Shown here: piece by piece, positions 20,140 to 29,979 of the stretch
Layout of the letters: each line of letters opens with the position of its first letter
Position numbering within the stretch: the stretch's first letter is position 1
DNA from: Candidatus Latescibacterota bacterium
GTDB lineage: Bacteria; Latescibacterota; UBA2968
Direction of reading: 5' to 3'
DNA: 64,000 nucleotides
Assembly (NCBI GenBank): GCA_965205975.1
Contig: OZ242195.1
Coordinates: forward strand, 2,176,001-2,240,000
Notes under the pieces: generated by a model
What the model was told of the DNA's origin: nothing
The model's input: the letters and a program-made list of their open reading frames with translations, nothing else
Databases searched by the model: none
Position numbers and translations under genes: made by a program

Positions 20140-20772
20140 ATGGCATCGCGCATCTGCTTTATACTGACCTTTCTCGTCGTTTTTGCCGGATGTTATACGC
20201 AGCTTCGGGCACCGCGCGTTCATCAAAAACAACGCGCTGAATCTCCTGTCAAGCCTTCTGATAAGTCTGTGCAACGGTTTGAATATTACTACTACAATTA
20301 CTGCAATCCATCTGATGGGTTTTACAGTCCATACAGATCATACAAGCCATATCGGAGATACCCGTTATGGAACCGGCACCGCCTCATCTGGAAATATTCG
20401 TCCTGGGCAAGCGTGTACGATCCGTGGTGGCGGGGGTGGTCGCCGAGGATTTTGGTGCCTCATATTGTATATGCGCCAGCAGTAAGACCTCAGATAGAAC
20501 GCGAACAGGTCACCCCGCGTCCCCGTATCAGGTACACAGGCGTGCGTGGCGAACCCGCATCGGCCAGCGCAATTCGGTCGGGCAGCACCACAACGGAAAG
20601 CACACAACAGACGGGAAACTCGCGCAGCACCAAAACGGAAAACACTCAGCAAACGGGAAACTCGCGCAGCACTAAAACACAATCAGCAGAAAAATCAGAA
20701 AAAAAAGAAGAACAGTCTGAAAAGCGCGAAGAGAAACGCTCAACACAGCGCCGCAGAGGGGAAATGAGATAA
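20140..20772 (+). CDS. Putative lipoprotein with aromatic-rich core and low-complexity tail
   Basis: Lipobox FAGC followed by YTQL; coupled to the downstream outer-membrane protein gene. Confidence 0.7.
   Translation: MASRICFILTFLVVFAGCYTQLRAPRVHQKQRAESPVKPSDKSVQRFEYYYYNYCNPSDGFYSPYRSYKPYRRYPLWNRHRLIWKYSSWASVYDPWWRGWSPRILVPHIVYAPAVRPQIEREQVTPRPRIRYTGVRGEPASASAIRSGSTTTESTQQTGNSRSTKTENTQQTGNSRSTKTQSAEKSEKKEEQSEKREEKRSTQRRRGEMR
20582..20679 (+). repeat. 42-bp in-frame tandem repeat (about 2.3 copies)
   Basis: gcagcac recurs at 20582, 20624 and 20666; encodes TQQTGNSRSTKT twice. Confidence 0.85.
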
Positions 20773-22046
20773 TGCGAAAACATCTCTATATCCCGACATT
20801 TGTGATTTGCGTCTTCGCGGTATCTATCCCCGCACAAGAAGTCGCTCTCGATAGCTTTTCTGGCATTGGTGCCCGCGCCATGGGCATGGGCGGTGCTTAC
20901 ATTTCCGTATCCGATGATTTTTCTGGCCTGTTCTGGAACCCCGCGGGATTGGCTCGGGTCGAGCGAGGAACTGTAAACTGGGGTGTTTCACACGACCGTT
21001 TTCGCAACATATCGCAATTTTTTGACCGCTCTTCAACCTTCGAATTGCGCAGTACGCGCATTGCATCCCTGGGATTTGTCTATCCCGTTCCCGTGTATCG
21101 CGGGAGTCTGGTCTTTGCCGGAGGCTTTGGGCGCAATCGAAATTTTGACGGAGGATTGCAGATTGATGCGTATGATACCAGCGTCAATTTTGATAAAGCG
21201 GGATTTTCAGAAGACAAAGGTGCTCTGGGCGCGTGGACATTGGGGGCTGCAATTGATCTGATGCCGCGTTTGTCGGCAGGGATCTCGTTGTTTCGCTGGG
21301 GTGGAACAAACCGCTTTATGCAGGAATTGACCCTTGAGGATGTGCAACGGGTACACGCCGACACCATCCGCATCTTCCAGCGTTTTGAATCTGAGGAACG
21401 CTATTCTGCCTGGGGTATCCAGGGCGGCATTCGGTATTGGCATCCCACGGGTTTCCGGTTTGGCATTGTGGCAACAGCGGCCACGCCTTTGCGCGTATCG
21501 GCTGAACTGGCAGATGAATTTGAAGACGCATTTGAAGATCGCACAGATACGTATCCACGCGAATCTTTTTCGGACGCATATGAAATTCGCCAACCCCTGA
21601 CTTTTGGGATGGGAATCGGATGGTCGGCGGACGGATTGACGGTGAGCGGCGACGTGCATTACGGTGATTTGCAAGAAGTAACCTACGAGATTTTGCCAGA
21701 TAATATTGCACCTTATGTAGATGATTTCCGGCGGCAATATCGCAGCGAGGCGCGGTTGCATTTGGGATGTGAATATGCTATTCCGCATTGGGGCATCGCG
21801 TTCAGAGGTGGCTACTACCGCGACCCGGTTCGCTATGTGGGAGGTGGCAGTGTCCCAGAAATTCAAATTGAGACAGACCGCAATGCGTGGACACTCGGTT
21901 TTGGCGCCGAATTGGAAAAGGCTGTAACCCTGGATTTTGCCGCTGTTATTGGCGGCTACAAAGCCATTGAAGGCAATCGCACAGATCGCGTGCGTGCAGT
22001 GCGGGTACTCGCGTCGGCGCGTTTTTATTTTTTTACAGGACTTTAG
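20772..22046 (+). CDS. OmpP1/FadL family outer-membrane beta-barrel
   Basis: GARAMGMGGAY...DDFSGLFWNPAGL motif; beta-strand pattern. Confidence 0.85.
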   Translation: MRKHLYIPTFVICVFAVSIPAQEVALDSFSGIGARAMGMGGAYISVSDDFSGLFWNPAGLARVERGTVNWGVSHDRFRNISQFFDRSSTFELRSTRIASLGFVYPVPVYRGSLVFAGGFGRNRNFDGGLQIDAYDTSVNFDKAGFSEDKGALGAWTLGAAIDLMPRLSAGISLFRWGGTNRFMQELTLEDVQRVHADTIRIFQRFESEERYSAWGIQGGIRYWHPTGFRFGIVATAATPLRVSAELADEFEDAFEDRTDTYPRESFSDAYEIRQPLTFGMGIGWSADGLTVSGDVHYGDLQEVTYEILPDNIAPYVDDFRRQYRSEARLHLGCEYAIPHWGIAFRGGYYRDPVRYVGGGSVPEIQIETDRNAWTLGFGAELEKAVTLDFAAVIGGYKAIEGNRTDRVRAVRVLASARFYFFTGL

Positions 22047-22072
22047 AGATCACAAAATTCAAAGGAGTTAGC

Positions 22073-22846
22073 ATGGGGCAGTATATTTTTCAAGCCCAGT
22101 GGGCAACTTATGAAGCGCAGGGGTATCTTCACCTCGGCAATGTGATGGATGATGGCGAACTGGAGGTGTTACAGCAGCGGATAGATGAAATCATGCTGGG
22201 TACCGCATCCATTGACTACGACCAGGTGATGATGCAACTGGATTCCGACCCCGAAAACGATGGAAAACCCGGCCCGCAGAGCAAGGGACATAAATACGCG
22301 ACACTTGGGTATCGCAAAATACAAAATTTGGAATTGGACCCCCTCTTCCTCTCATTTTTACAAAAACCGCTGTTTCGAGAAATCTGCGAACACATATATG
22401 GCAAAAATACCCCTGTAGATTGTTTTCGGGCGATGTTCATGAACAAACCCGCGCACGACGGCACCCCACTGGTGTGGCATCAGGACCGCTGGACCGATCT
22501 AACTCTCGATCCCCAAATCACGATATGGACGGCTCTGGATCCCACATCCGTTGAAAATGGCTGTGTAAAAATTATTCCCGGATCGCATAACAAATTGATA
22601 AATCCCGAGCAAGGGTCCGGATTTTTGACCGACGAACACATCGAGACCATTGTATCCCAATACGAGCCAATAGATTTAATATTAGAAGCCGGCGACTCGG
22701 TTTTGCTCCACAACTGGATGCTACACAGTTCGGGCGTGAATACCACAGATATTGCGCGACGCGCATTTAGCGTGTGTTATATGCATGGTGACACGCGCTC
22801 ATTGCGCGGCAGCACCTTCACCCGGGTCTTTGGCAAAGACGAATAG
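22073..22846 (+). CDS. Phytanoyl-CoA dioxygenase (PhyH) family Fe/2OG enzyme
   Basis: WHQD, W.ALD...ENGC, HSSGVN...RR. Confidence 0.9.
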   Translation: MGQYIFQAQWATYEAQGYLHLGNVMDDGELEVLQQRIDEIMLGTASIDYDQVMMQLDSDPENDGKPGPQSKGHKYATLGYRKIQNLELDPLFLSFLQKPLFREICEHIYGKNTPVDCFRAMFMNKPAHDGTPLVWHQDRWTDLTLDPQITIWTALDPTSVENGCVKIIPGSHNKLINPEQGSGFLTDEHIETIVSQYEPIDLILEAGDSVLLHNWMLHSSGVNTTDIARRAFSVCYMHGDTRSLRGSTFTRVFGKDE

Positions 22847-22855
22847 GAGATTTTT

Positions 22856-24061
22856 ATGTACCGCATTGGACAACCCGAAAGCAAGCGCGTGGAGACCCTT
22901 CTGGAAAGCGGTGAAATTTTTCGCTATGGAAAGGCTGGCGAATGCGATCAATTTGAAGCAGATTGGGGAAAGCGATTGGGCGATGTACAGGTGCGAATGA
23001 CCACAAGCGGCACGGCATCGCTTTATTGCGCCCTCATTGGCCTGAAAGTTGGGCCGGGCGATTCGGTCATTGTGCCATCGTGTACCTATATGGCGACCGC
23101 ACTCGCCGTCGTCGCAGCAGGCGCCATGCCCATTATAGCCGAAGTAGATGAATCGATCACCCTCTCGCCCGAAGATGTCGAGCGAAAAATTGCCCCGCAC
23201 ACAAAAGCCGTCATTCCCGTGCATATGTGGGGATTGCCCTGTAACATGGACGCACTGATGGACATAGCAGAAAAACGCGGGATAAAAATATTAGAAGATG
23301 CGTGCCAGGCCGTGGGCGGGGGATACAAAGGGCGCGAGCTCGGTTCCATCGGGCATGCCGGGGCATTCAGCTTTAACTATTTCAAAAACATGACCAGCGG
23401 CGAAGGCGGCGCATTTGTCTCTGCCGATGAATCGGTGTTTCGGCGCGGATCAGTGGCTGCAGATTGCTGTTCTTATTACTGGAATCCCGACGAACACCGT
23501 CCAGATGAACAATTTGCCGGATTGAATTTCAGAGCCACGGAAATCTCAGGTGCCATTCTCAACGCACAACTCGAGCGCATCGACGAAATGCTGGATCGCA
23601 TGCGCGGCCACAAACGGACCCTGACAAAAGTGGGCGAAGACGCGGGCCTGACATCTATTACAAACCACAGTCTGGATTGCGAATGCGGTACCCATGTCGG
23701 CTTTATTTTCAGTTCTGAAAAAAATGCGCGCGCCTTTGCCAAACGGATATCAGAATTAAAAGGACGCGCTTTTTTGCCCATTGATACCGGACGACATATT
23801 TACACGCGATGGGATCCCATTATGCGAAAGCAAGGCGCACACCATCCCGCGCTCGACCCATTTAATCTGCCGCAAAATAAGGCACTAAATATCGAATATT
23901 CAATGGATATGTGTCCTGAGTCACTGGATATATTGAGCCGTGCAGTACTCATTGGCATGCACCCGGACAACGACCGAGAAAAAATAGATGAACTTGCAGA
24001 CGCTATTCGAACATCTGCACAGGTCGTAAATTCATCCCAACCACAGCCTACCACAAAATAA
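22856..24061 (+). CDS. DegT/DnrJ/EryC1/StrS aminotransferase
   Basis: TSGTASL, PVHMWG, EDACQAVG, FSFNYFKNMTSGEGG. Confidence 0.92.
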   Translation: MYRIGQPESKRVETLLESGEIFRYGKAGECDQFEADWGKRLGDVQVRMTTSGTASLYCALIGLKVGPGDSVIVPSCTYMATALAVVAAGAMPIIAEVDESITLSPEDVERKIAPHTKAVIPVHMWGLPCNMDALMDIAEKRGIKILEDACQAVGGGYKGRELGSIGHAGAFSFNYFKNMTSGEGGAFVSADESVFRRGSVAADCCSYYWNPDEHRPDEQFAGLNFRATEISGAILNAQLERIDEMLDRMRGHKRTLTKVGEDAGLTSITNHSLDCECGTHVGFIFSSEKNARAFAKRISELKGRAFLPIDTGRHIYTRWDPIMRKQGAHHPALDPFNLPQNKALNIEYSMDMCPESLDILSRAVLIGMHPDNDREKIDELADAIRTSAQVVNSSQPQPTTK

Positions 24062-24096
24062 TCCGTGAAATCCGCGCATCCGCGCAATCCGCGATC
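24061..24096 (+). repeat. Short tandem atccg(t/c)g repeats after the stop codon
   Basis: atccgtg, atccgcg x3 at 8-9 bp spacing. Confidence 0.6.
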
Positions 24097-24113
24097 AAAA
24101 AGGAGATTTTGGC

Positions 24114-24740
24114 ATGAAAATACAATGGATGTTAATTCTGATTTTGGCTCTGAGTAACAGTGTATTGGCTGCACCGAGTAAACCCGCACCTCGCAAACCC
24201 AAAGAAGGTCAAAACGAAGTCGCTATCCGCCACCACAAAGAAGGCTTACGCCACCGGGATGCGGCCTGGGTCTATGAAGAAAAAATGTCGGGCACAGAAG
24301 GCGAAGAGCGAGAAACGTATGCGCGGTTTATCCAGGACCTGTACAATCGCGCACTGGGAGAATTTGCGAAAGCGACCGAGCAGGACTCGACGTATTACCA
24401 GGCATTTAGCAGTTTGGGATATGTCAAGCGCAAAACCGGAGATATGGACGGAGCAATGGCAGCGTACAAGCGCGCTTTGACATTAAATCCAAACTACGCA
24501 GAAGCCATTGAATATCGCGCAGAAGCGTATTTGATCATGGGACAGGTGGAAAAAATGAAAAAAGCGTATGGGGTATTAGCCGTACTGAACCGCCCTCACG
24601 CAGCGCGATTGTTGACCTTTGTAACACAATGGGCAGATGGCGGAGAGAACGATGCAGATATGGCGACCTCTTTGCGGACATGGGCATCTGAAAAAAAAGA
24701 AAAACTCGGCGAAATAAAAACATTTGTCGAGAAGTGGTGA
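24114..24740 (+). CDS. Secreted TPR protein
   Basis: Signal peptide; AFSSLGY...YKRALTLNPNYAEAIEYRAEAY. Confidence 0.82.
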   Translation: MKIQWMLILILALSNSVLAAPSKPAPRKPKEGQNEVAIRHHKEGLRHRDAAWVYEEKMSGTEGEERETYARFIQDLYNRALGEFAKATEQDSTYYQAFSSLGYVKRKTGDMDGAMAAYKRALTLNPNYAEAIEYRAEAYLIMGQVEKMKKAYGVLAVLNRPHAARLLTFVTQWADGGENDADMATSLRTWASEKKEKLGEIKTFVEKW

Positions 24741-24814
24741 TCCGCAGAATGAAGGCAGATGAAAGGCAAGGGGCTGGGTGGACTGACTACTGACTACTGA
24801 CTACTGACTACTGA
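24741..24814. repeat. Intergenic element plus (ctactga)n heptamer array
   Basis: tccgcaga..gcagatgaaaggc is shared with 35396-35421; (ctactga)x4 at 24787-24814 overlaps the DUF445 stop. Confidence 0.7.
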
Positions 24815-25507
24815 AGCAATCAAACCAATAAAACCACCAAAAACCCCGCCCCAAACAACCAACCAGCCCAGATGTTTGTGAATCATATCCTGGACAATGG
24901 TCTTAACCATTTCGGGTGTCAACTCGTTTAGACGCTGCATAACAATGGCATCAACCCTGTCAATCATTTCGTCCGTATGATTCTCGGTATTCAATCCCCT
25001 CTGGATGGTATCGAGAAATTTGGGTGAGGATAGCAAGAGGCGAATTTCTGCCTGAACTTTTTCGATAAAAGGATCTCTGAGAGGCTGTAATACCGCCGCA
25101 CCGCCGATCATATTGATCATGCTGCCAAAAGGAGAAGTCATAACAGCCTCCATCAGACGACTGAAGATGCGGTCGCAGTCAACGGCCTCAACAACGGGGT
25201 CGGCATTGAATTCATCTGGAATTTTTTGTTCGGCGAGAAATTTTTTAACATTTTCAGCGGTGAAAAACTGGTTCATAATCAAAGCGTGGATACCCGTCTT
25301 AAATTCTTCAAACCGACTCGGTACAACGCCCGAACCGTAGAGTCCCGGTACTCTCTCAAAAAGCATGTGAACCGCCAACCAGTTGGTCAAAGCACCCGAA
25401 GTTGCAAAAAGCCCAACCGCGAGTAAATGATCGGAATAAACAGGACTGACATAACCTGCACCGATCACGCCAACCGCGAGCAGATTTGTCACAAGACTTT
25501 TATTCAT
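24794..25507 (-). CDS. DUF445 family membrane protein
   Basis: MNKSLVTN, GALTNWLAVHMLFERVPGLYGSGV, HLGWLVVWGGVFGG. Confidence 0.85.
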   Translation of the reverse strand: MNKSLVTNLLAVGVIGAGYVSPVYSDHLLAVGLFATSGALTNWLAVHMLFERVPGLYGSGVVPSRFEEFKTGIHALIMNQFFTAENVKKFLAEQKIPDEFNADPVVEAVDCDRIFSRLMEAVMTSPFGSMINMIGGAAVLQPLRDPFIEKVQAEIRLLLSSPKFLDTIQRGLNTENHTDEMIDRVDAIVMQRLNELTPEMVKTIVQDMIHKHLGWLVVWGGVFGGFIGLIASVVSSQ

Positions 25508-25529
25508 ACTGGTGTCCTTACAGGGAATC

Positions 25530-26600
25530 TCAGAGATAACAGAACAAAGTGGCAATCAGATTGTCAAAAACGCTCAGACGGCAGACCTCATATCCGTGAG
25601 AATTTTCTCGCGGATACCCAATAGTTGCAGCCCGGGGCGCGTGGCCCGCCTGTAAAACGCCCGAGGCATCGGACGCCGCGCGATCGTACACGGCGTATTG
25701 CAACTGTGTACCCGCGCGTTGCGCCGCTGCGGCAAGATCGGCAATCAGGCCCTGATCGAAATGCATCTGGCTATCTCTTGACCAGACCGCCGGACGACCA
25801 TCGAGCTGAAGTTGTTGATTTCTCGGCATAGGGGCAGAATCTACTGCGATAAAAATCTCGACCGGATTTCGCGCGGTCCAACCTCGTGCGCCAATCAACC
25901 CTGTCTCTTCCTGAACGAGAAAACACAAACAGATAGTGCGACTGGGTTCTGTTTTTTCTTCCACAATGCGCTGAAGCAGACGCAACAGCGTGAGACTCCC
26001 GCCCCGGTTGTCAAATAGCCACGCTGAAACGAGCGGATCGTCAGGAGACCCCAAAAAATGAGGACCGCGCACACCTGCCACTGGTACAGCAGTCGATCCG
26101 ACGCGCACACCTGCGCGGGCGAGTTGATCGGGTGTCAAACCAGTGAGCAAATGGCAGTAGGGCCAGGTAATGCCGCTTTGCCCCGTTGCAAATTGCGTGT
26201 TGGGATCCGATGGATCAGTCGTATGCGTAGAACCAAAACAGAGATGCGCCGCAACTCTCTCCACACCATCTGTAAGGATTTCAACAGGACATTCACCGAG
26301 TTTCCAGGGATGCAACCCACCGCTCGGGCGCACCTGCAAGGTACCATCGGCATTAATCTCGGTAATCACCATAGCGAGTTCATCCATGTGACTCGCAAGC
26401 GCGATACGCCCCAGATCGGGATTTTGCCCGGGAATTTCCACCCAAACATTGCCCTGCTGGTCTTGTTTCGGTGCATGCCCCAAATCGGCAATGCGATCCA
26501 TAATAACCCGGGCCATAAGTTCTTCGCGACCCGATGGTGCGGGAACGCGCAAAAGGTCTGATAACAGAAGTACATTGGGATCGTCTTGAGGATAAGACAT
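25530..26600 (-). CDS. M42 family metallopeptidase
   Basis: APSGREE, SHMDE, DNRGG, VQEETG, SHGYE. Confidence 0.88.
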   Translation of the reverse strand: MSYPQDDPNVLLLSDLLRVPAPSGREELMARVIMDRIADLGHAPKQDQQGNVWVEIPGQNPDLGRIALASHMDELAMVITEINADGTLQVRPSGGLHPWKLGECPVEILTDGVERVAAHLCFGSTHTTDPSDPNTQFATGQSGITWPYCHLLTGLTPDQLARAGVRVGSTAVPVAGVRGPHFLGSPDDPLVSAWLFDNRGGSLTLLRLLQRIVEEKTEPSRTICLCFLVQEETGLIGARGWTARNPVEIFIAVDSAPMPRNQQLQLDGRPAVWSRDSQMHFDQGLIADLAAAAQRAGTQLQYAVYDRAASDASGVLQAGHAPRAATIGYPRENSHGYEVCRLSVFDNLIATLFCYL

Positions 26601-26758
26601 AAAGTGTCACCTTTTCGTTTCATGATTATTATCGACCACTAAGAATACGCTGACGCGTGTGATTTATCAAGCTATTTCAAAATTCATGAAGCCTTTTAGT
26701 GATTTATCCGTCCAATGATTTGACGTAAAACCTTACTCCCTTTCCGCGTGAGAAAACT

Positions 26759-29700
26759 ATGAACCGCCAATCCGCCCTCTTACCGCGCATTTCAGTGAAT
26801 CGCCCCGTTACGGTTGCGATGTGCCTGGTCGCGTTGCTACTGGTGGGTATTATGGCCTATTTCCGCGTACCGGTAAAATTCTTCCCCTCGGGATTTACAC
26901 CGGCTTTTTTGTATGTGGATATTGAATACAATCACCGCAACGCCTCGCCCCAGGAAGCCGAACAACAAATCGCCCGACCCCTGGAAGAACAATTGCGCGC
27001 GGTAAAAGGCATAAAGAGAATTCGCACGTACAGCGCATCTTATGGCGTGGATGCGCCCATTGAGTTTCAGCCAGATACAGACATGGTCCTGGCTTATAAT
27101 CAGGTGATCGATCGCCTCGAGCGTCTCAAATTAGAATTGCCCGAGGAAGTGCGCGATCAAGTCTATGTGTATAAGTTTAATGTAGATAGCTGGTCAATTA
27201 TGTGGGCGGGCGTCTCTCTGGATCCATCGGTTGTCGATCCCTATCAGTTCTTAAACCTGCATGTAAAACGGCGTTTGGAGCGGGTCGAGGGCGTGGGCAG
27301 AGTCAGCTTTTGGGGCGTAGATGAAAAAGAAGTCATGATTGAACTCAGCCACGAGCGATTGATGACCCGGGGAGTGGATTTGGGAACGGTGGTGCAATCG
27401 CTGCGATCGGACAACTTCGCGCTTTCGGTCGGGCATGTACGCGAAGGCGGCAAACGGTTTTTTGTGCGCTCACTCGCCAAATATCAAAGTATAGATGAAA
27501 TCAAAAATATTCTCATCCGCACGCCACGGGGTGAAGTCCGCCTTGGAGATATATCAGACATAGTTTACGATATTCCCGGACGGTCCTGGTTTCAGCGCAT
27601 TGATGGGCGAGAAGCCGTATCGATCGCGATTTATCAAGAATCGGGCGCCAATATTGTAGAAGTATGCGAGCGCGTGGTGGCGGCTTTTCAGGAGATTGAA
27701 AACGATCCGTTAATAGAAAAAAAGATCGCTTTCAATGTGTTTTTTAATCAGGGAGAATACATCAACGATTCGATTCGCAATTTGGAAACCACAGGGCTTT
27801 GGGGTGGGTTGTTTGCCGCGATGGTCTTGCTATTCTTTTTGCGAACAGTGCGGATGACGGCAATTATCACCCTATCTATTCCCCTTTGCGTGATGATTAC
27901 GATTACGGCACTTTATTTTCTCGGCTGGTCGCTCAATGTCCTGACCATGATGGGACTGATGGTAGGCGTGGGGATGGTGGTCGATAATGCCATTGTGATC
28001 CTGGAAAACATCTATCGCATGCGCGGCAAAGGGCTACCCACCAAAGAAGCGGCCATCGCAGGTGCCGGAGAAGTCGGGTTGGCGATCACCATGGCGACTC
28101 TGACAACCGTTGTCGTATTTTTGCCGCTGATGTTAATGAGCGGCAGTGTAGAATTGACCTTTTTTCTCGCGCGCATTGGTGTGCCAGTTGTGGTCGCACT
28201 TGTTGGATCGCTATTTGTAGCCCTCATTTTTATTCCACAGGCAGCATTGCGCTTTGGCAGTTCCCAGGTCAAATCCGACCCCGCTATCATTCAGCGCACG
28301 CGCCATTATTACGCGCGCATGCTGAACTGGACACTCACCCACCGGCGCGATGCATTTTTGATCGCCCTTGCCTTGCTCGGAAGCATCAGCTATCCGATGA
28401 ACGAACTCAAACGCGGCGATTCGGACGGCAGCATGCTCAACGATTTTCGCATCGAGTTTAATTTTCCAAAGGATTTTAGCATTCGAGATGCCAGCGACAC
28501 AATCGCAGAAGTCGAGGATTTTTTAGATACCCGTCGAGAGAAATACGGGATTGAAACCATGCGCGTGTGGTTCAGATCTACGTATGGCTCCATTCACGTC
28601 TTTCTGAAAAAGACCAATGAAGCCTGGTGGCAGACAACCTATAAATCCGTACGCGCATTGATCGGTATCCCCATACAACAGCACTTACCGCGCAACGCCG
28701 TGATCGAAGACCTGAAAAAGCACGCCCCCAAATTTGTAGGTGTCAAAGTGGCTGTACAGGGGCAAAGCAGGAGCGGTAGTGAAGGCGGCGATTCTTCTGT
28801 GTCTCTGGCTCTCTATGGGGATGATGTCGATGTACTCGCGGATCTGGTGCAAGAGGTTGACCGACGGCTAAAAGAAATACCCTCGGTCATAAGCGTAGAT
28901 TCAGACCTGGAACGTGCCAATGATGAGGTACAGGTCATTATCGACAGGGAACGCGCACAAAAATTAGGACTCGTAGCTCGAGATGTGGGACGCAGCATTG
29001 GTTTCGCGCTTCAGGGCGTACAATTGCCCTATCTCCAGTCTGACAACCACGAAATCAGGGTGCGATTGTATTTGGAAAAATTGAATCAGCAAACACTACA
29101 ACGCCTGAAGCGTTTGACTTTTCCGTCTGAAACGGGCACACAGGTTTCATTGCTGGACTTTGCCACCCTGCGCGTAGATCAAGGACGCGGCACCATCAGA
29201 CGAGAAGATGGCAAAACGCGGTTACGGGTGCGGGCTTTTACGACCAAAGAAGATGTCAAAGAACTATATGGAGAAATTGACCGCGCAATGGAAGGATTTG
29301 AAATGCCGCGCGGCTATAGCTGGGACAAAGGGGAAAGATATTCCAAGCTGCAAGAAGAAGATTATACCATGTATTTCGCCGCGATTATGGCCGTGACCTG
29401 CGTGTTCCTTTTGATGGGCGTTTTGTTCGAGTCCTTTATCCTGCCATTTTCTGTTTTGTTTTCCATCCCCTTTGCCTTTCTGGGAGTCTATTGGACGCTG
29501 TTTGCGACCCAAACACCTATGGCTGGATTGGCTATGGTGGGCATCATTGTGCTCATCGGTGTGGTCGTCAACAACGCGATTGTACTGGTCGATATGGTAA
29601 ATCGCCTGCGCGCAGAGGGCATGCATCGAACCGCCGCGATCATGGAGGCCGGCGCAAATCGCTTTCGACCCATTATGATGACGACATTTACAACCGTCTG

Positions 29701-29932
29701 CGGCCTTTTGCCAATGGCTTTGGGAAGCAGTAAAGTTTTGGGACAGCCCTACGCACCTATGGGATTCACCATGATCGGCGGCCTGCTCTCTTCGACCCTG
29801 CTCACCCTCCTACTCGTCCCCTTATTTTACACATTTTTGGATGACTTGCGCTCAGCCCTCAAAAGGTTGACAAATAGCGCCTTCAACGCACTGAAAGTTG
29901 GCGACACGCAGGCAACAGATATGGCGGATTAA
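26759..29932 (+). CDS. RND efflux permease (AcrB family), stand-alone
   Basis: SVNRPVT, VVDNAIVILENI, GVVVNNAIVLVD, RFRPIMMTT. Confidence 0.95.
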   Translation: MNRQSALLPRISVNRPVTVAMCLVALLLVGIMAYFRVPVKFFPSGFTPAFLYVDIEYNHRNASPQEAEQQIARPLEEQLRAVKGIKRIRTYSASYGVDAPIEFQPDTDMVLAYNQVIDRLERLKLELPEEVRDQVYVYKFNVDSWSIMWAGVSLDPSVVDPYQFLNLHVKRRLERVEGVGRVSFWGVDEKEVMIELSHERLMTRGVDLGTVVQSLRSDNFALSVGHVREGGKRFFVRSLAKYQSIDEIKNILIRTPRGEVRLGDISDIVYDIPGRSWFQRIDGREAVSIAIYQESGANIVEVCERVVAAFQEIENDPLIEKKIAFNVFFNQGEYINDSIRNLETTGLWGGLFAAMVLLFFLRTVRMTAIITLSIPLCVMITITALYFLGWSLNVLTMMGLMVGVGMVVDNAIVILENIYRMRGKGLPTKEAAIAGAGEVGLAITMATLTTVVVFLPLMLMSGSVELTFFLARIGVPVVVALVGSLFVALIFIPQAALRFGSSQVKSDPAIIQRTRHYYARMLNWTLTHRRDAFLIALALLGSISYPMNELKRGDSDGSMLNDFRIEFNFPKDFSIRDASDTIAEVEDFLDTRREKYGIETMRVWFRSTYGSIHVFLKKTNEAWWQTTYKSVRALIGIPIQQHLPRNAVIEDLKKHAPKFVGVKVAVQGQSRSGSEGGDSSVSLALYGDDVDVLADLVQEVDRRLKEIPSVISVDSDLERANDEVQVIIDRERAQKLGLVARDVGRSIGFALQGVQLPYLQSDNHEIRVRLYLEKLNQQTLQRLKRLTFPSETGTQVSLLDFATLRVDQGRGTIRREDGKTRLRVRAFTTKEDVKELYGEIDRAMEGFEMPRGYSWDKGERYSKLQEEDYTMYFAAIMAVTCVFLLMGVLFESFILPFSVLFSIPFAFLGVYWTLFATQTPMAGLAMVGIIVLIGVVVNNAIVLVDMVNRLRAEGMHRTAAIMEAGANRFRPIMMTTFTTVCGLLPMALGSSKVLGQPYAPMGFTMIGGLLSSTLLTLLLVPLFYTFLDDLRSALKRLTNSAFNALKVGDTQATDMAD

Positions 29933-29946
29933 AAAGGTGAGACGTA

Positions 29947-29977
29947 AAAAGCACCCACAGCGCAAGTGGGTGCTTTT
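29947..29977. terminator. Bidirectional intrinsic terminator
   Basis: aaaagcacccac-N7-gtgggtgctttt between convergent genes. Confidence 0.8.
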
Positions 29978-29979
29978 AT

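Noticed and set aside
20582..20679. Possible mini-CRISPR
   Set aside because: In-frame coding tandem repeat with no unique spacers and no cas genes.
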